51,034 nucleotides of DNA, taken from NCBI GenBank assembly GCA_023231475.1, contig JALJEE010000027.1, forward strand, positions 62,001 through 113,034, read 5' to 3'. The stretch comes from Seison nebaliae (taxonomy: Eukaryota). Position numbers and translations under genes: made by a program. The notes under the pieces are model-generated. The model made no database searches and was not told the DNA's origin. It worked only from the letters and a program-made list of their open reading frames with translations. Positions 1 through 12,524 of the stretch are shown here, in pieces; position 1 is the stretch's first letter, and the number at the start of each line of letters is the position of its first letter.

Positions 1-1106
1 TCGAAATTGATGGTGAACTATTCAACAAATTCCCAATTCTTTTATCAGCCGATTGAGTTAGAATTGACGTGACTAATTTAGATGTCTCTGTTGTTGTTAT
101 TGTTGTTGTTGTTAAAGTATCTTGTACATTTGTTGTTGTTGTTGTTATTGAATTTTTTGAAGATAATTTCAATTTCAATTCATTCAATCGTTGAAGGAAT
201 TGATCGGCGGAATTTAAAGATTTTGCATTTAGTTCTTTCGTATCTTCCTCGACTTCGTCACTACTTTCCGACAAAGATGATGATAACGATAATTCTTTTT
301 TTCCATCAATATTTCCTGATGATTTTGATTTGGGAGATGATTTATCTACCAAATCCAACCAGAGAGCTCCAGCGTCAATTGGTGCGCTTGTAAAAATTTT
401 TAAAGGTATTTGGGCACATCCAATTTTCGAAGGATTCTCCTCCGATAATTTCGTATCCCAAACGGCGAAATTGATTTCTGTCGATTCCACATCTTTTTCT
501 GGGATGGGACTGAATGCAAATTTTTGATTCCAAACTGGATCGCATGTTTGTTTTAATGTTTTTGTTTTTCTCGATGACAATAATTTTCTCTCGCTAAATA
601 AAGTGATTCGACAGAAAACATCTAACATCATTCCACTAACAGCCGATTTTGGTAAGGAAACTGCTCCCATTACCCAAACTCGAAGTTCATATTCTTTCGC
701 TTCAATTTTCACTTGTAATCGTCCTTTGATGGCATCAGTCAACTCTTCTAATGGATCGAAATATTCAGTGAATTTCTTATTCGATTTTTTATTCATTTGA
801 TTATAATTATTGTTCATATAATTGAAATGAACTTCCTCGTTATCCGAATTAATTTGTGGAGACGAATAAACGTCATTCAATTCATCCATATCATCCATTA
901 ATTCATTCTCCCAACCAAATCCCATTGTCGGCGTCGCTGGATCGATTATCGTACTATTGATTAACGTATCGATTCCATCCGGTTTCAATATCGATGCTAA
1001 TGATGTCGCTTTATTCGCTAACGTATTGAAAATATTCGTCGAAGAATTCAATCCCAACAAACTATTCGTTGAACTCATTTCACTCACAATACTTGTTGTT
1101 GGAGTT

Positions 1107-1141
<35 letters not shown>

Positions 1142-4100
1142 AATTAACGATGATGAATGAGATATTTCATTATTTTCATTATCATTTCCTGTTAATTTAG
1201 ATAAACTGTCAAAAACGGAGAATCTGGACGAGAAAGTTTTGGACAGTTCCTCATTCTTCCGACTCAATTTATCCAGAACTGAACTAGTTCGATTCATAGA
1301 GAATTGTTCACTCTTATTCCTCAACATCTTCAGCGGGGAATTTTGTTGTGATGAATTTTCATTTTCCATTTTCTTCGTTCCTTCTTCGATCATATTACGG
1401 ATACCGGAAAGGAAGTTTGCACCATCATCTAATTCATATGTTTTGGAAGAAGTTTCTTTATTTTCTAGAGACAATTTTTCATATTTATTCGTCATTTTCT
1501 CTTTGGGCAAATTTGATTTTCCATCTTTCATTGATATCAATGACGTTGGTTTCCTGCTTGAAAATAAAATATTTTTAGCAATGACTTCTCAAATTTTATT
1601 TTATAAAACAAAATTTTAACTTCTCTTCAGATTTGAATAAATTCACTTTTTCCAAATTTTCATTATCTCCTTTCACGATATTTGGTAGAATGTTTGTTTG
1701 TTTCGTATTATTATTTGAACGGAAATTTGTCGTCATTGTTATTCCACCAACAGTAGTAGTAGTAGGAGGAGCGATACTAGTGATGGTGGTAGAGATAGTG
1801 GCAATTGTGGTAGTGGTGATGGTAGTGGGAGTAGTAAATTGAGTTGTAGACGAACTAGTGGAGATATTTGAGAATAGATTTCCCAATAAACTTTTTCGTC
1901 CATCATCTGATTTTTCTTCCTTCTCAAATTTCTTCTCACTTTTGTCAGTTTTCTCTAAAAATACAAATAAATAATAACGGATTAATTTCACTAAATTATA
2001 GAAATTTAAAATTTTATTTTCAATTAATTTATAAAATAATAAATTTTTTTCAAATTTTCATTTGAAGAATTTTCAATTAAATTACAGTTTTTCCATCTCG
2101 ATCTCGATAGATGGTAGTCGGATCGATACCATATCTCCTCATAGCTAATTTCCTAGTTTTCTTACTATGAAATCGTTTTCTCTTCTTCTTCTTCTTCTTC
2201 TTCCGTTGACTACCCGGTATATCTTCACCATAACTCAAATCTGAATCGAATTCGGGTCCGTCATATTCTTCCTCTGATGATCCGTTTAATTTCTTCAAAA
2301 TTCGATGTCTACATCTCAACAATTGAACATGAATCGATTCGAGACATACATATAATTTACCACCACACACATTCTCCACAAATTTATTGTTAATGGACAA
2401 ACCGGAATATTTCCTTTTCGATTGTGGAACGGGCGACCCCGTTGAAGCATTTTCGTGCATGGCAAATGATTTTAATTTATCTAACATCTTTTCATCTCGT
2501 TCACTTTCACTTTTCGGACTTTCCATTACATCATCATCATCATATCTTTGACCAGTACTTCGAATTTCCGATGATCTATCTGATAAATCTTCCAATTTCG
2601 GATCGTCAATAATATCTTCTAAATGACATGTCTTTGCAACGACGATCGATGAATTATGAAGTTTCGACAACTTTTTCACATCCAAATTCCCTAGAACTCG
2701 CATTTTCTCGTCATTAGAAAATTCGAGAATTTGTTTCACACTCAATTTCCCATTCGATTTCCTTCCGAATGATGACGATAATGAAATATCATAATCATTT
2801 TCACCATCACGACGGACAGCAGCGATGGCATTTTTGAAAAGATTCCATTTCGCTCCATTATATCGAAATGTATTTCTCTTATGAGTTTCACCAATTTCTG
2901 AGAAACTTACATCGATAATTGATGTGGGACTATCTTCGATGACAACTTTCTTCGTTTTCAATTGACTGGAACATTCACAATATTTCTGCGAATGACAAAC
3001 GGATTCACTTCGACTTTTAATATAAACCGTAAATCGTTGGAGTGTGGTTGGAGCGGTGAAGGAACTGTAACATCGTCGAACTATTTTATTCGGTTGGTCA
3101 CGTTTCCATTTTCTTACTTTTTTTAAACTCTGTCGCATTAAACGTTTCTCATATTTCTTCCGATGTTCCTCCTCCAATTTCTTCATTTTCTTTTTCATTC
3201 TCTTCTTTTTCTTTATTCGTTTCCCTTCTACTGAACTATTCTCTTCTATCTCAACATCACTCTTCTTTTCTTCTTCTTCTTCTTCTTCTTCTTTTTCTTT
3301 TATTTCCTCAATATTCGTCTTGTTCGTTTCTTCGCCAGTGAAAAGACTACTAAATAATTGAATTGGAGCATTGATCATATTAGTGAAATAATCAGTCACA
3401 TTCGTTATTAAATCTCCATTCTGATCATTATTCGCTTCTATATCATCTTCAGTTTCTTCTTCTTCTTCTTCCTCTACTTTTTTTCCTTTGTTTTTTAAAC
3501 TTTTCCTTTTCTGATCTTCTGCACTAAATCGAAGATATTTTTTCTTCAATTGTTCATATTCCTCTCGAACTCTCTCACTGTCGCCCAAATCATTCGTAGG
3601 AATTTCTTTCTCAATAATCTTCTCACTATCATCCGATGAAGCAATGTCTGAATTAACGATATCCATTTCATCTTTCTCCGATTTGGGAGTGGTGAACATA
3701 TCCAATATGGGGAAAGCATTCGATCGAAGTTTCTTATTCAAATCTCGAACTTTTACTCTCGATTGTGGTCCCGCATCGAAACTATCCGATGAACTATCAT
3801 CCAATTCATCATCAGCATCAACATCAGTTTTATTAATTGATTTTTGACTTATTTTCGATCTGATATCTTCATCATAATTTATTATTTTTTCGTTACCATC
3901 ATCATGGTTTTCATTTTCGACATTTTCCAATTCATTCTCTCCAACTATTTCACTTTCTTTATCATTTTCTGTTTTCGAAGAAGATCGTTCGTCCACATAT
4001 GCCACTTCAATTCCCACACTCTCATCATTATCATCCTCATCTTCTGATGATGAGACTTGAATAGTTTTGATGATTTTATTTTTGAAATTTTTCAATTTTT

Positions 4101-7100
4101 TATTCTTCAACAAATTTGCCGATAAGGCACTTTTCAATTTCTTTTTTCCTTTAACTTTTTCAATTTCTACAATGTCTCCCACATTTCCCATTGAAGACGC
4201 GATCGATGGTCGAAATGACGAATTCATCATTTGATATTAGAGAATTAATAGAATATAACTTATAAATGACGTTAGGAATGACGAAGGGAATTTAATGATT
4301 TCTTGTTCCATAGCAACGAAATGACATCTAAATCGAAAGAATGAAATTAACAATTAATTAGTGAACATCAATATTTATTAGACGGAAAATATTTATTGGG
4401 ATGACAATGGCAATTAACAAAATTTTTATATGATAAACATTTTGAATAACAATGAAAAAAAAAGTTTTCAATTAACTTCTCATTAATCATCAATTGATCA
4501 TCAGAAATTGGAAGTAGCACCAAAGTCTCGATTGACAAATAAACAAATCGTTCGTTTTTCATCTTCGATAAATTCTCTAATGAAAATGGACGTTCGTCAA
4601 CATCATTCATCGATCGCAAAAGTTGAATTGATGCTCCATAAATTTTATTTTTATCTTCAAACGGATTCAATCTGATAATTCTCTTCATATCCTCCAAACT
4701 CTTATCTTTTAACAGAATTCCAGCAAACATTATAATTTCACTGGCCACTTCCAATTTCCCATTTAATTTCGAACGATTCTCAATGAGAAGATAATTTGAT
4801 TCTAATTTCTTCACATCGCAAATCTTCTCACTCACCAATTTATCATCAAACTGTTTCAATGAATCGAATAAATCATTTGGATGATAATTCCTCTTTTTAC
4901 GAGAATGAACTAAACGGAAATCTTTTCAATTTACTAATTATTCTGATGAGAAATGTATTTAAATTATTTAACCGAAAGGTTTTATTTCAAAGTTATTCAT
5001 ATCAATCTCCTTCCTCAATTTTAATTTTGTCAGTTTCAGTTTAGCTTTCTCTATTTTATCCGATGTTACATCTACCGCGGTCGACGATTTTGGCATCAAT
5101 AAACATTTACGGACATTCGTCGATGATTTAGATGGCTTTAAAAAAACAATTAATTGTAATCATCAACACATAATCATCTTCAAGTTTGTACAATACGAGA
5201 GACAATTTAAAAATGTAACAGGATAAGTCAAATAAGAAAAAGATCCATAGTGCAACACAAATGTGCAAAAAAGTTCACAAAACAATACAGTTATGCACCG
5301 AACTTCACAGAATAACAGAAATATATAGAAAAGTTCACAAATTAGCACAATCTTCCACAAAAGTTCGCAAAATAGCACAAAAGTTCACAAAATAGCACAA
5401 TCATGCACAAAAGTTGAGAAAACAAGTCAATTGAGAAAGATGGAAGTCTCCTCATGGAAGTCCTTTCATGGAAATCATGAAAGATTCTCCTCACAAACAT
5501 CAACATACAAGAAGAATAGACAAACGAAATATAAGAAGTAGTACTTCGATGGTTTTGCATTCTGAATTAATGGATATATGGTTGAGATAAAGAGAGTTAT
5601 TCATATACTCTTCTACGTTAAATAAACCTGTTTTATAAAGTTGATGAAGATTCTGTTGAGAAGTGATATCATAACGACGTTTCGACATAGTTGTCGATGA
5701 TGAACGATGTAGATTCGTCAAATCAATCGACGTTCTCTCAGTCACAAATCCTTTCAAGTTCTTTCCTTTATTCTTATTCTTCTCATAATCATGTAATTCA
5801 TTTAACGATGTTATCTTTTTTAATTGATCTCGACCTTCCTTAGTATCGATGGATGGAAGAGGTGGAGTCTCTGGAGGAGATAACAACGGTGTATTATCCA
5901 TTGAAGTATTCTCACTAGGAGTCAATGCAAATTCAATAGATGGTAATGAAAGATTCTTATCTCTCGTTTCCATCAAGAGAAAATCATTTGGAACATCAGA
6001 ATCGTCATACTCTTCCAATTCTTCTTTCGATAAATTATTTGGACTCATCTCAGATGATTGATTGAAAATGTGACGACGCATTTTACTCTTTTTACTTTTA
6101 GTCGATGAAATGATGAAACCTTTCCCGCTATTCGACGAGATGGTAATACAAGAATCTTCAGGATGATACGAATCACTAAATTTTCTTTTTCCATAAACAT
6201 TTTTCACATTCGTCTCTTCTATTTCATTCGATTCTTTCTTCATTAGATGATTATTCAATTCAACTTTAATCGTTTCTCGAACTTTTTCCTTCTTTTCGTT
6301 CTCCGGTAAAATTTTCGGTTTATCTTCCACTAATTTAATTTCTTTTTTTAAATCTTCTTCCAATTTTTCTTCTTCATAATGTTTTTCTTCCAATTTTGTA
6401 TTTATTTCCAAATTCAAATTTATTGGAACGACATCCTCAATTATCGGTTGTTCCGATAATTTCGATTCAATATCTTGACTTCTCATAGAGGAATTGTCGG
6501 TGGACGATTGAATTTTCTCTTTCATTTTAAATTCGAGTGAAACTCGATTCGATTCATTTTCAATTCTTTCTTCCATTTTCGTATCGGAATTCGTCGAAAT
6601 ACTTTTTTTCGGTTCCGGAGTATCGACAGATGGTGAACGATCGTCAATTTTCTGTTCATCATTCTTCACTCTCCCTAAATCGATGACATCATTCAACACC
6701 TTCTTCTGTTCTTCATGACTAGGTGGAATTTGTATAGGAATTGGAAACTGATTAATTTTCTTCGAAAAATTCAAAGATTTCACCCAATCTTTCTCGTCCA
6801 GATTTGACGGTTTTAATTTCAACCAACAATTATCACAAATATAAATTTTCTTCTTTCTCTTCTCAGTTCGAACGAGACGAGAACAACGACAACAACAACG
6901 ATGACGACATTTCACACATAATTTCAATTTCAATCCTTTTCTCATTTTCGTCATGTCATTATTATTCATTTTCTCCAATTGGATCATATGTGTATGTTGA
7001 CAAGTGTAACATTGAGATATCATATATTTTAAAGTGACTTTCGGTTGTTGTTGTTTCATCATTGCCGCTTCCCCACTCATCATTAATTGTGTGGAATCGT

Positions 7101-7743
7101 TTGTTGGAGTGGGAGTGGAACGATGTAATGAACGAATATGTCTGGAAAGAACGACTACTTTCTCATTCTGTTTCTCTGGTTGTCTCATCGGTAAATTGAT
7201 GGCATGTGTCCGATAATCATTAACATTCGATATCGAATGTGCCATCGGCTTCATTTTGTCCTGTTCTTTATATTTTAAATTAATATCCGTCGACAACGAC
7301 GAAGTTGGTCGTTTTATTGTGAAATTTTGATTTTGTTGATAATGTTGATGTTTTTGTTGTTGTTGTTGTTGTTGTTTGGAATTGTCTATATAATTCGTTT
7401 CGATACTCGATAAACTCGATCGCTCCGAATATTGTTGTGTTATTTGACGTGTCTGCTCTTTTAATTGTTTCTGATAATTTATCGGTTGTTGTTCTTGTTG
7501 TTGTTGTTGGTGCTGCTGATAATCGAATGCTTCAGCACCACAACTCATGTTACGAGACATGATTCCAACATTTTCCGATTCATCACGCTTCATTACGTCC
7601 ATTATGATTTGTCGCTCTTCGTCTGTGAGATGACCGAAATTAGGTTGACTTATTGTTTTGGATTGAGCAGACATTTGATTCATCATTACGCCCTTCGGTA
7701 ACGGCGTACGACCGAAATCAATATTTGACATTGACGGCAACAT
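1..7743 (-). CDS. RIM/Piccolo/Fife-like presynaptic active-zone protein, multi-exon, 3' end outside window (single-gene model uncertain)
   Basis: ORF 5500-7743 has the RIM Rab-binding helix (PNFGHLTDEERQIIMDVMKR) and a Cys-rich zinc finger (CYTC...CVKC..CCCRC...CDNC). ORF 4368-4859 has a degenerate PDZ half (GKLEVASEIIMFAGILLKDKSLEDMKRII). My translation of ~740-350 gives a C2A-type domain (IKGRLQVKI...RKTKTLKQTCDPVWNQKFAFSP...INFAVWD). The order ZnF-PDZ-C2 matches RIM. Intron 1620-1557/1554 joins ORF 1596-1991 to the C2 exon; other junctions are unresolved. Confidence 0.7.
2077..4230 (-). CDS. Large low-complexity acidic/basic exon, probably internal to the RIM-like gene (could be a separate gene start)
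   Basis: 717-aa ORF with E/D/K runs lying between the PDZ-like and C2 segments on the same strand; no recognisable domain. Confidence 0.55.
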   Translation of the reverse strand: MMNSSFRPSIASSMGNVGDIVEIEKVKGKKKLKSALSANLLKNKKLKNFKNKIIKTIQVSSSEDEDDNDESVGIEVAYVDERSSSKTENDKESEIVGENELENVENENHDDGNEKIINYDEDIRSKISQKSINKTDVDADDELDDSSSDSFDAGPQSRVKVRDLNKKLRSNAFPILDMFTTPKSEKDEMDIVNSDIASSDDSEKIIEKEIPTNDLGDSERVREEYEQLKKKYLRFSAEDQKRKSLKNKGKKVEEEEEEETEDDIEANNDQNGDLITNVTDYFTNMINAPIQLFSSLFTGEETNKTNIEEIKEKEEEEEEEEKKSDVEIEENSSVEGKRIKKKKRMKKKMKKLEEEHRKKYEKRLMRQSLKKVRKWKRDQPNKIVRRCYSSFTAPTTLQRFTVYIKSRSESVCHSQKYCECSSQLKTKKVVIEDSPTSIIDVSFSEIGETHKRNTFRYNGAKWNLFKNAIAAVRRDGENDYDISLSSSFGRKSNGKLSVKQILEFSNDEKMRVLGNLDVKKLSKLHNSSIVVAKTCHLEDIIDDPKLEDLSDRSSEIRSTGQRYDDDDVMESPKSESERDEKMLDKLKSFAMHENASTGSPVPQSKRKYSGLSINNKFVENVCGGKLYVCLESIHVQLLRCRHRILKKLNGSSEEEYDGPEFDSDLSYGEDIPGSQRKKKKKKKRKRFHSKKTRKLAMRRYGIDPTTIYRDRDGKTVI
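5250..5420. repeat. Degenerate 30-bp minisatellite built from 10-bp subunits (AAGTTCACAA-AATAGCACAA-TCATGCACAA)
   Basis: About 5 imperfect copies visible (units near 5271, 5301, 5331, 5361, 5381); it generates the LFCELL ORFs on the minus strand. Confidence 0.8.
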
Positions 7744-8231
7744 TCTCTTTTTTTTTCCTGTGTAATCGACGAGTAAATATCCTTCACCAATCCCAAAATT
7801 GTTTGCCTCTCATTCTTCTAATATTCTCTTATTATCATTCACCTTCTTTCCTCCATTATTGAATTAATTCAATTATTTCTTTCTCCTCTTACTTAATTAT
7901 AATTTCCTGATAAAATTTATTAAGATTATCGGCAAACAACAATATCGAGAAAGAATTAATGATTTATTTCCTTTAGACTTATTCTTCAAATTTAACCAAT
8001 TTACTCATAATAAAAAAAAAATTTTATTTTCTTTTTCATAATTGTTGAATAAATGAAAATTAATGGCACGTGCAAAAAGAGAATATTTTCATGAGATTGA
8101 AAAGAGAATTTTTTTTATTTGAATTATTCAAAATTTGAATTTGCGGTTCAATTTATTTCATTTTACAGCTTAATTTTCAAACCGAAAAATATATTGAAAA
8201 CTTATAAAATGATGTTGAATTTGATTTTGGT

Positions 8232-8256
8232 AGAAGTTTCTAGAATATTCTAGAAA
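8232..8256 (+). promoter_or_regulatory. Heat-shock element, five alternating nGAAn units
   Basis: AGAAGTTTCTAGAATATTCTAGAAA = GAAnnTTCnnGAAnnTTCnnGAA, about 160 bp upstream of an Hsp40 gene. Confidence 0.85.
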
Positions 8257-8412
8257 AATTCGACTTTTCTCCTTCTGATAAATAAAGAAAAACTTATTAA
8301 TAAAATACATCAGCACCACTCATATGCTTTCGAAATTAACACACAAATTTTATGTGTGACATAAAAAGAAGAAAATAAATTTATTAAACTTCCAACAATC
8401 ACTCAAATAGTT

Positions 8413-9438
8413 ATGGGAAAAGATTATTATAAAGTGTTGAATATTGGACGGGAGGCTGAGGAGACCGAGATAAAGAAAGCTTATCGGAAACAGGCGTTGA
8501 AATATCATCCCGATAAGAACAAGTCGCCAGATGCGGAAGCGAAATTCAAAGAGATTGCCGAAGCTTACGAAGTATTGAGCGATGCAAACAAGAAGAAGAT
8601 TTATGATAAATATGGAGAAGAAGGATTGAAAGGAAGTATGGGAGGAGGAGGAGGTGGTGGTGCAGGACCATTTGAAGGTGCACAACGATTTCAATCTTAT
8701 CGTTTCCATGGTGATCCGATGGCTACTTTTAAAGCGTTTTTTGGTGATGGTGGAATTGATCAATTTTTCGCTTTCGAAGATGATGGAGATGATGGATTGT
8801 TTGGTAATCAACATACATTTATCAATATCGGACCAGGAATTCAACAAATGAGAACGAATATGTCAACTTTCCCACAGAGTGAAAGTAAAAAGAAACAAGA
8901 TCCCACAATTTTTCATGATATTAATCTCTCACTGGAAGATTTGTGGCAAGGAACGACGAAAAAGATGAAAATCAAACGGAAAGTCATCAGTCAATCAGGA
9001 CATGTGAAAGAAGAACCGAAAATTTTATCGATCGATGTGAAAAAAGGTTGGAAAGATGGAACAAAAATCACATTTCCAAAAGAAGGAGATCAATCGGCAC
9101 GAACCGTTCCAGCGGACGTCACGTTCGTCGTAAGAGAGAAACCACATACATTATTTACGAGAGAGAGTGACAATTTAGTTTATCGAGCAGAAATTTCATT
9201 GAAAGATGCTTTATGTGGAACGAGAATTCAAGTCCCATTAATATCAGGTCGAGCTCAAATTATTGACGTGTCATCAGAAATTGTCAATCCAAAAACGGAG
9301 AAACGAATTCATGGAGCTGGTATGCCAATATCGAAGAAACCGGGATCTTATGGTGATCAGATTGTTCGATTTGATATAAAATTTCCTTCTCATCTACCGC
9401 CAAATATCAAAGCCCAACTTTGTGCTCTTTTGGAATAA
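8413..9438 (+). CDS. DNAJB: Class B Hsp40 co-chaperone (DNAJB1/4/5-like), intronless
   Basis: MGKDYY J-domain with HPD, G/F-rich linker, C-terminal domain ([10 protein letters not shown]), no zinc finger. Confidence 0.96.
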   Translation: MGKDYYKVLNIGREAEETEIKKAYRKQALKYHPDKNKSPDAEAKFKEIAEAYEVLSDANKKKIYDKYGEEGLKGSMGGGGGGGAGPFEGAQRFQSYRFHGDPMATFKAFFGDGGIDQFFAFEDDGDDGLFGNQHTFINIGPGIQQMRTNMSTFPQSESKKKQDPTIFHDINLSLEDLWQGTTKKMKIKRKVISQSGHVKEEPKILSIDVKKGWKDGTKITFPKEGDQSARTVPADVTFVVREKPHTLFTRESDNLVYRAEISLKDALCGTRIQVPLISGRAQIIDVSSEIVNPKTEKRIHGAGMPISKKPGSYGDQIVRFDIKFPSHLPPNIKAQLCALLE

Positions 9439-10171
9439 ATATGAATTTCTATAAATTACAAATTATAAAGTTTGTATTAGTAGAAGATGATGGAGAGATT
9501 AATACGATTTGTCCAAACCACCAATCGAAGACGAGATCATTAGAGAGATAATCATTTGAATACAAAAAGAAAATGGGCCGAATCATCTTACGTATGTAAA
9601 TACACTGGCATTACATTTTCTTTCATTTCCAATTCTGAGAATTCGAAGAAAGATTCGATTTATTATCAAATAATTCATCACACAATAATCGATAACTTTT
9701 ATTTATTCTCTTCATTTCTTCACACAACGTTCTCTTGATCTTATTTTGTATTTATAATCATTATTATTCATAGAGAGCCTCCCCAAATTTTAAGAAGTTT
9801 CTTTTCCAATACTCCAAATATTGACAAAAACTAATAAATTCACTAATAAATTTTTATGAAACACTTTCTCTTAATCTCACTCATTTTTCTTCGACATCCT
9901 TTTCTATTTCAATAAAGTATTTATTTAATAATAAATAAACAAATCGATGTAATAATCTTACAAAATATATTGTTATTTAAATTGAGAATAAAATAAATTG
10001 AAAATAAAAATAAAAGAAAAGAAATAATATTTGAAAGAGGCCAATACTTTTTAATAGAATTTTTGAGTTGAGAATATGTTTGAGAATTTATGAGAGAAGA
10101 ATATCTTTCGATTTTGAAAAAAAAAATTTTCAGAAACAAATTCTCCATATCAGCAACACGAGAGTTATATA

Positions 10172-12379
10172 ATGTTGAGTGGAATTGGAAGATGTTGGAG
10201 AAAACCATTGAAAATGATGAGAAACCGTTTGTCGACATTTTCCGTCCAAAAGAATCATGTTATGAAATGGACGGAAGCTGATGAGGAGTTATGGTGTCGA
10301 ATGTATGGAAATAAACCGATTTTGCCCGTTTACGATAAAATTCTCATAGCGAATCGAGGGGAAATCGCTTGTCGAATTATTCGAACATGTCGTCGACATG
10401 GAATTAAAGTCGTTTCCGTTTTTAGTGAGAGTGACGCCAATGCTTTACATGTCCGAATGGCAGACGAAGCCGTTTGTATTGGAGGTGCTGCATCGACAGA
10501 CTCTTATTTACAAATGGATCGCATTGTTGATGTTTGCAAATTAACGAGTGCACAAGCTGTGCACCCAGGTTATGGTTTCCTATCAGAGAATACGATTTTC
10601 GCTTCGAAATTAGAAGAAGCGAATGTGGATTTTATTGGACCTCCATCTACTGCCATTCAATCGATGGGAGATAAATTGGAAAGTAAAAGAATCGCTATGA
10701 ATGCCAATGTGAATATCGTTCCAGGATTTGATGGTATTTTGAAAGATGAAAATGATTGTATAAATAAAGGGAAAGAGATCGGATATCCGGTGATGGTGAA
10801 AGCATCAGCTGGTGGTGGTGGGAAAGGAATGAGAATAGCTAATAATGAATCGGAAGTGAAGGAAGCGTATAATTTATCGAAGAATGAAGCAAAATCATCA
10901 TTTGGTGATGATCGATTATTGATTGAGAAGTTCGTAAATAATCCTCGACATATCGAATTTCAAATACTCGCTGATAAACATGGAAATGTTCTCCATTTGA
11001 ATGAACGTGAATGTTCAATTCAACGACGTAATCAGAAAGTGGTGGAAGAAGCACCGTCACCATATTTGACAGAAGAATTGAGGAAAGCGATGGGAGAACA
11101 AGCGATCGCTTTAGCTAAAGAAGTTGGATATTGTTCAGCGGGAACGGTCGAATTTCTGGTTGACGACAAAAAAAATTTTTATTTTTTGGAAATGAATACG
11201 AGATTGCAAGTGGAACATCCGATAACGGAAGCGATTACTGGAATTGATATTGTTCATGAAATGTTGAAAATTTCTTCTGGAAAGAAATTGGAGATTGAAC
11301 AGAAAGATGTACCGATTGATGGTTGGGCTATTGAGTGTCGTGTTTATGCTGAAGATCCGACGAAACAATTCGGTTTACCATCAATCGGTCGATTACATCG
11401 ATATGAAGAGCCGAAAATGTTGTGCAGAAAAAGTGCACTAATTCGTTGCGATTCGGGAGTGGAAGAAGGTAGTGAGATTAGTGTCCATTATGATCCGATG
11501 ATTTGTAAGTTAGTGACACATTCGAATGATCGTTTATCGACAATTGAAGAAATGAAGAAAGCTTTAGATAAATATGTCATTCATGGAGTCACTCATAATA
11601 TTTCGTTATTGAGAGATATCATCGAACAGGAAAGATTCGTTTCTGGAGATTTGACAACTTCATTCCTCTCCGATATCTATGGCGATTCATTTGAATCGAC
11701 AATTAATTTAAATAATTCCGAGAGCGAATATCTCATATCAATGGCACATGCGATGTACATGGATAAATTGATGGAATTATCTCATGACAAATTGACAGAT
11801 ATTCAATTGACAATGTCACCAGATAGTCATCTCAATTCATCAAATTATCTCTCCAACATCCGATGGATTAGTGAGAGGAAATATGAAATCGAATTATGGA
11901 AAACTAATCCATCATCAAACAATCTTAAATTGATCAATAAAACATTAATCGATTTAAATGGGATTACTCGCTCTAATATTCTTCATCAATTCAACGACAA
12001 TTTCATTCAATTAAATTTTGATGATCCGATCGATATCTCGAAAATTTCACTTAGTTATCGTGGGGCCAAATATAAATTTCAACCGTTGACATTACTCCAG
12101 AAAGAGATGCTTAATCTCTTACCAGAAGATGTGACAGAGAAAGCGAAAATTAGAGCGACTGCTAATTTGAAGAATATCACCGCACACATGCCCGGAGTTG
12201 TTCGATCCATCTCTGTCAATGATGATGACATGGTGGCAAGTGGACAGCAAATTATTGTAATCGAAGCAATGAAAATGCAGAACGCTATCAATTCATCAGT
12301 GGACAGTAAAGTGAAAAAGATTCATGCGAAAGTTGGAGATGCTGTCGCTGAAGGTGATCTCCTCGTCGAATTAGAATAG
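10172..12379 (+). CDS. PCCA: Propionyl-CoA carboxylase alpha chain, mitochondrial, intronless
   Basis: Basic presequence, KILIANRGEIA, KASAGGGGKGMR, LNERECSIQRRNQK, biotinyl motif EAMKM, terminal GDLLVELE. Confidence 0.92.
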   Translation: MLSGIGRCWRKPLKMMRNRLSTFSVQKNHVMKWTEADEELWCRMYGNKPILPVYDKILIANRGEIACRIIRTCRRHGIKVVSVFSESDANALHVRMADEAVCIGGAASTDSYLQMDRIVDVCKLTSAQAVHPGYGFLSENTIFASKLEEANVDFIGPPSTAIQSMGDKLESKRIAMNANVNIVPGFDGILKDENDCINKGKEIGYPVMVKASAGGGGKGMRIANNESEVKEAYNLSKNEAKSSFGDDRLLIEKFVNNPRHIEFQILADKHGNVLHLNERECSIQRRNQKVVEEAPSPYLTEELRKAMGEQAIALAKEVGYCSAGTVEFLVDDKKNFYFLEMNTRLQVEHPITEAITGIDIVHEMLKISSGKKLEIEQKDVPIDGWAIECRVYAEDPTKQFGLPSIGRLHRYEEPKMLCRKSALIRCDSGVEEGSEISVHYDPMICKLVTHSNDRLSTIEEMKKALDKYVIHGVTHNISLLRDIIEQERFVSGDLTTSFLSDIYGDSFESTINLNNSESEYLISMAHAMYMDKLMELSHDKLTDIQLTMSPDSHLNSSNYLSNIRWISERKYEIELWKTNPSSNNLKLINKTLIDLNGITRSNILHQFNDNFIQLNFDDPIDISKISLSYRGAKYKFQPLTLLQKEMLNLLPEDVTEKAKIRATANLKNITAHMPGVVRSISVNDDDMVASGQQIIVIEAMKMQNAINSSVDSKVKKIHAKVGDAVAEGDLLVELE

Positions 12380-12524
12380 TTTTACTCAATAAATTTTATT
12401 ATTATTATTATTAATGGAATGAAAGGAATTTTTGAATAGAATTTTATCATTTTATGTTTTTTTTGTTATATAAAAATAAATTGAAATAAATAGAATAAAA
12501 ATCGTCTAATTCTTTCAAAACTTT

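Noticed and set aside
82..1842. Plus-strand ORFs with poly-Leu or poly-Val
   Set aside because: Antisense shadows of (AAC)n/(ACT)n low-complexity codons in the minus-strand gene
5163..5400. LFCELL-repeat ORFs as a small repeat protein
   Set aside because: They arise from the minisatellite, shift frame at a 20-bp unit and have no supporting gene structure
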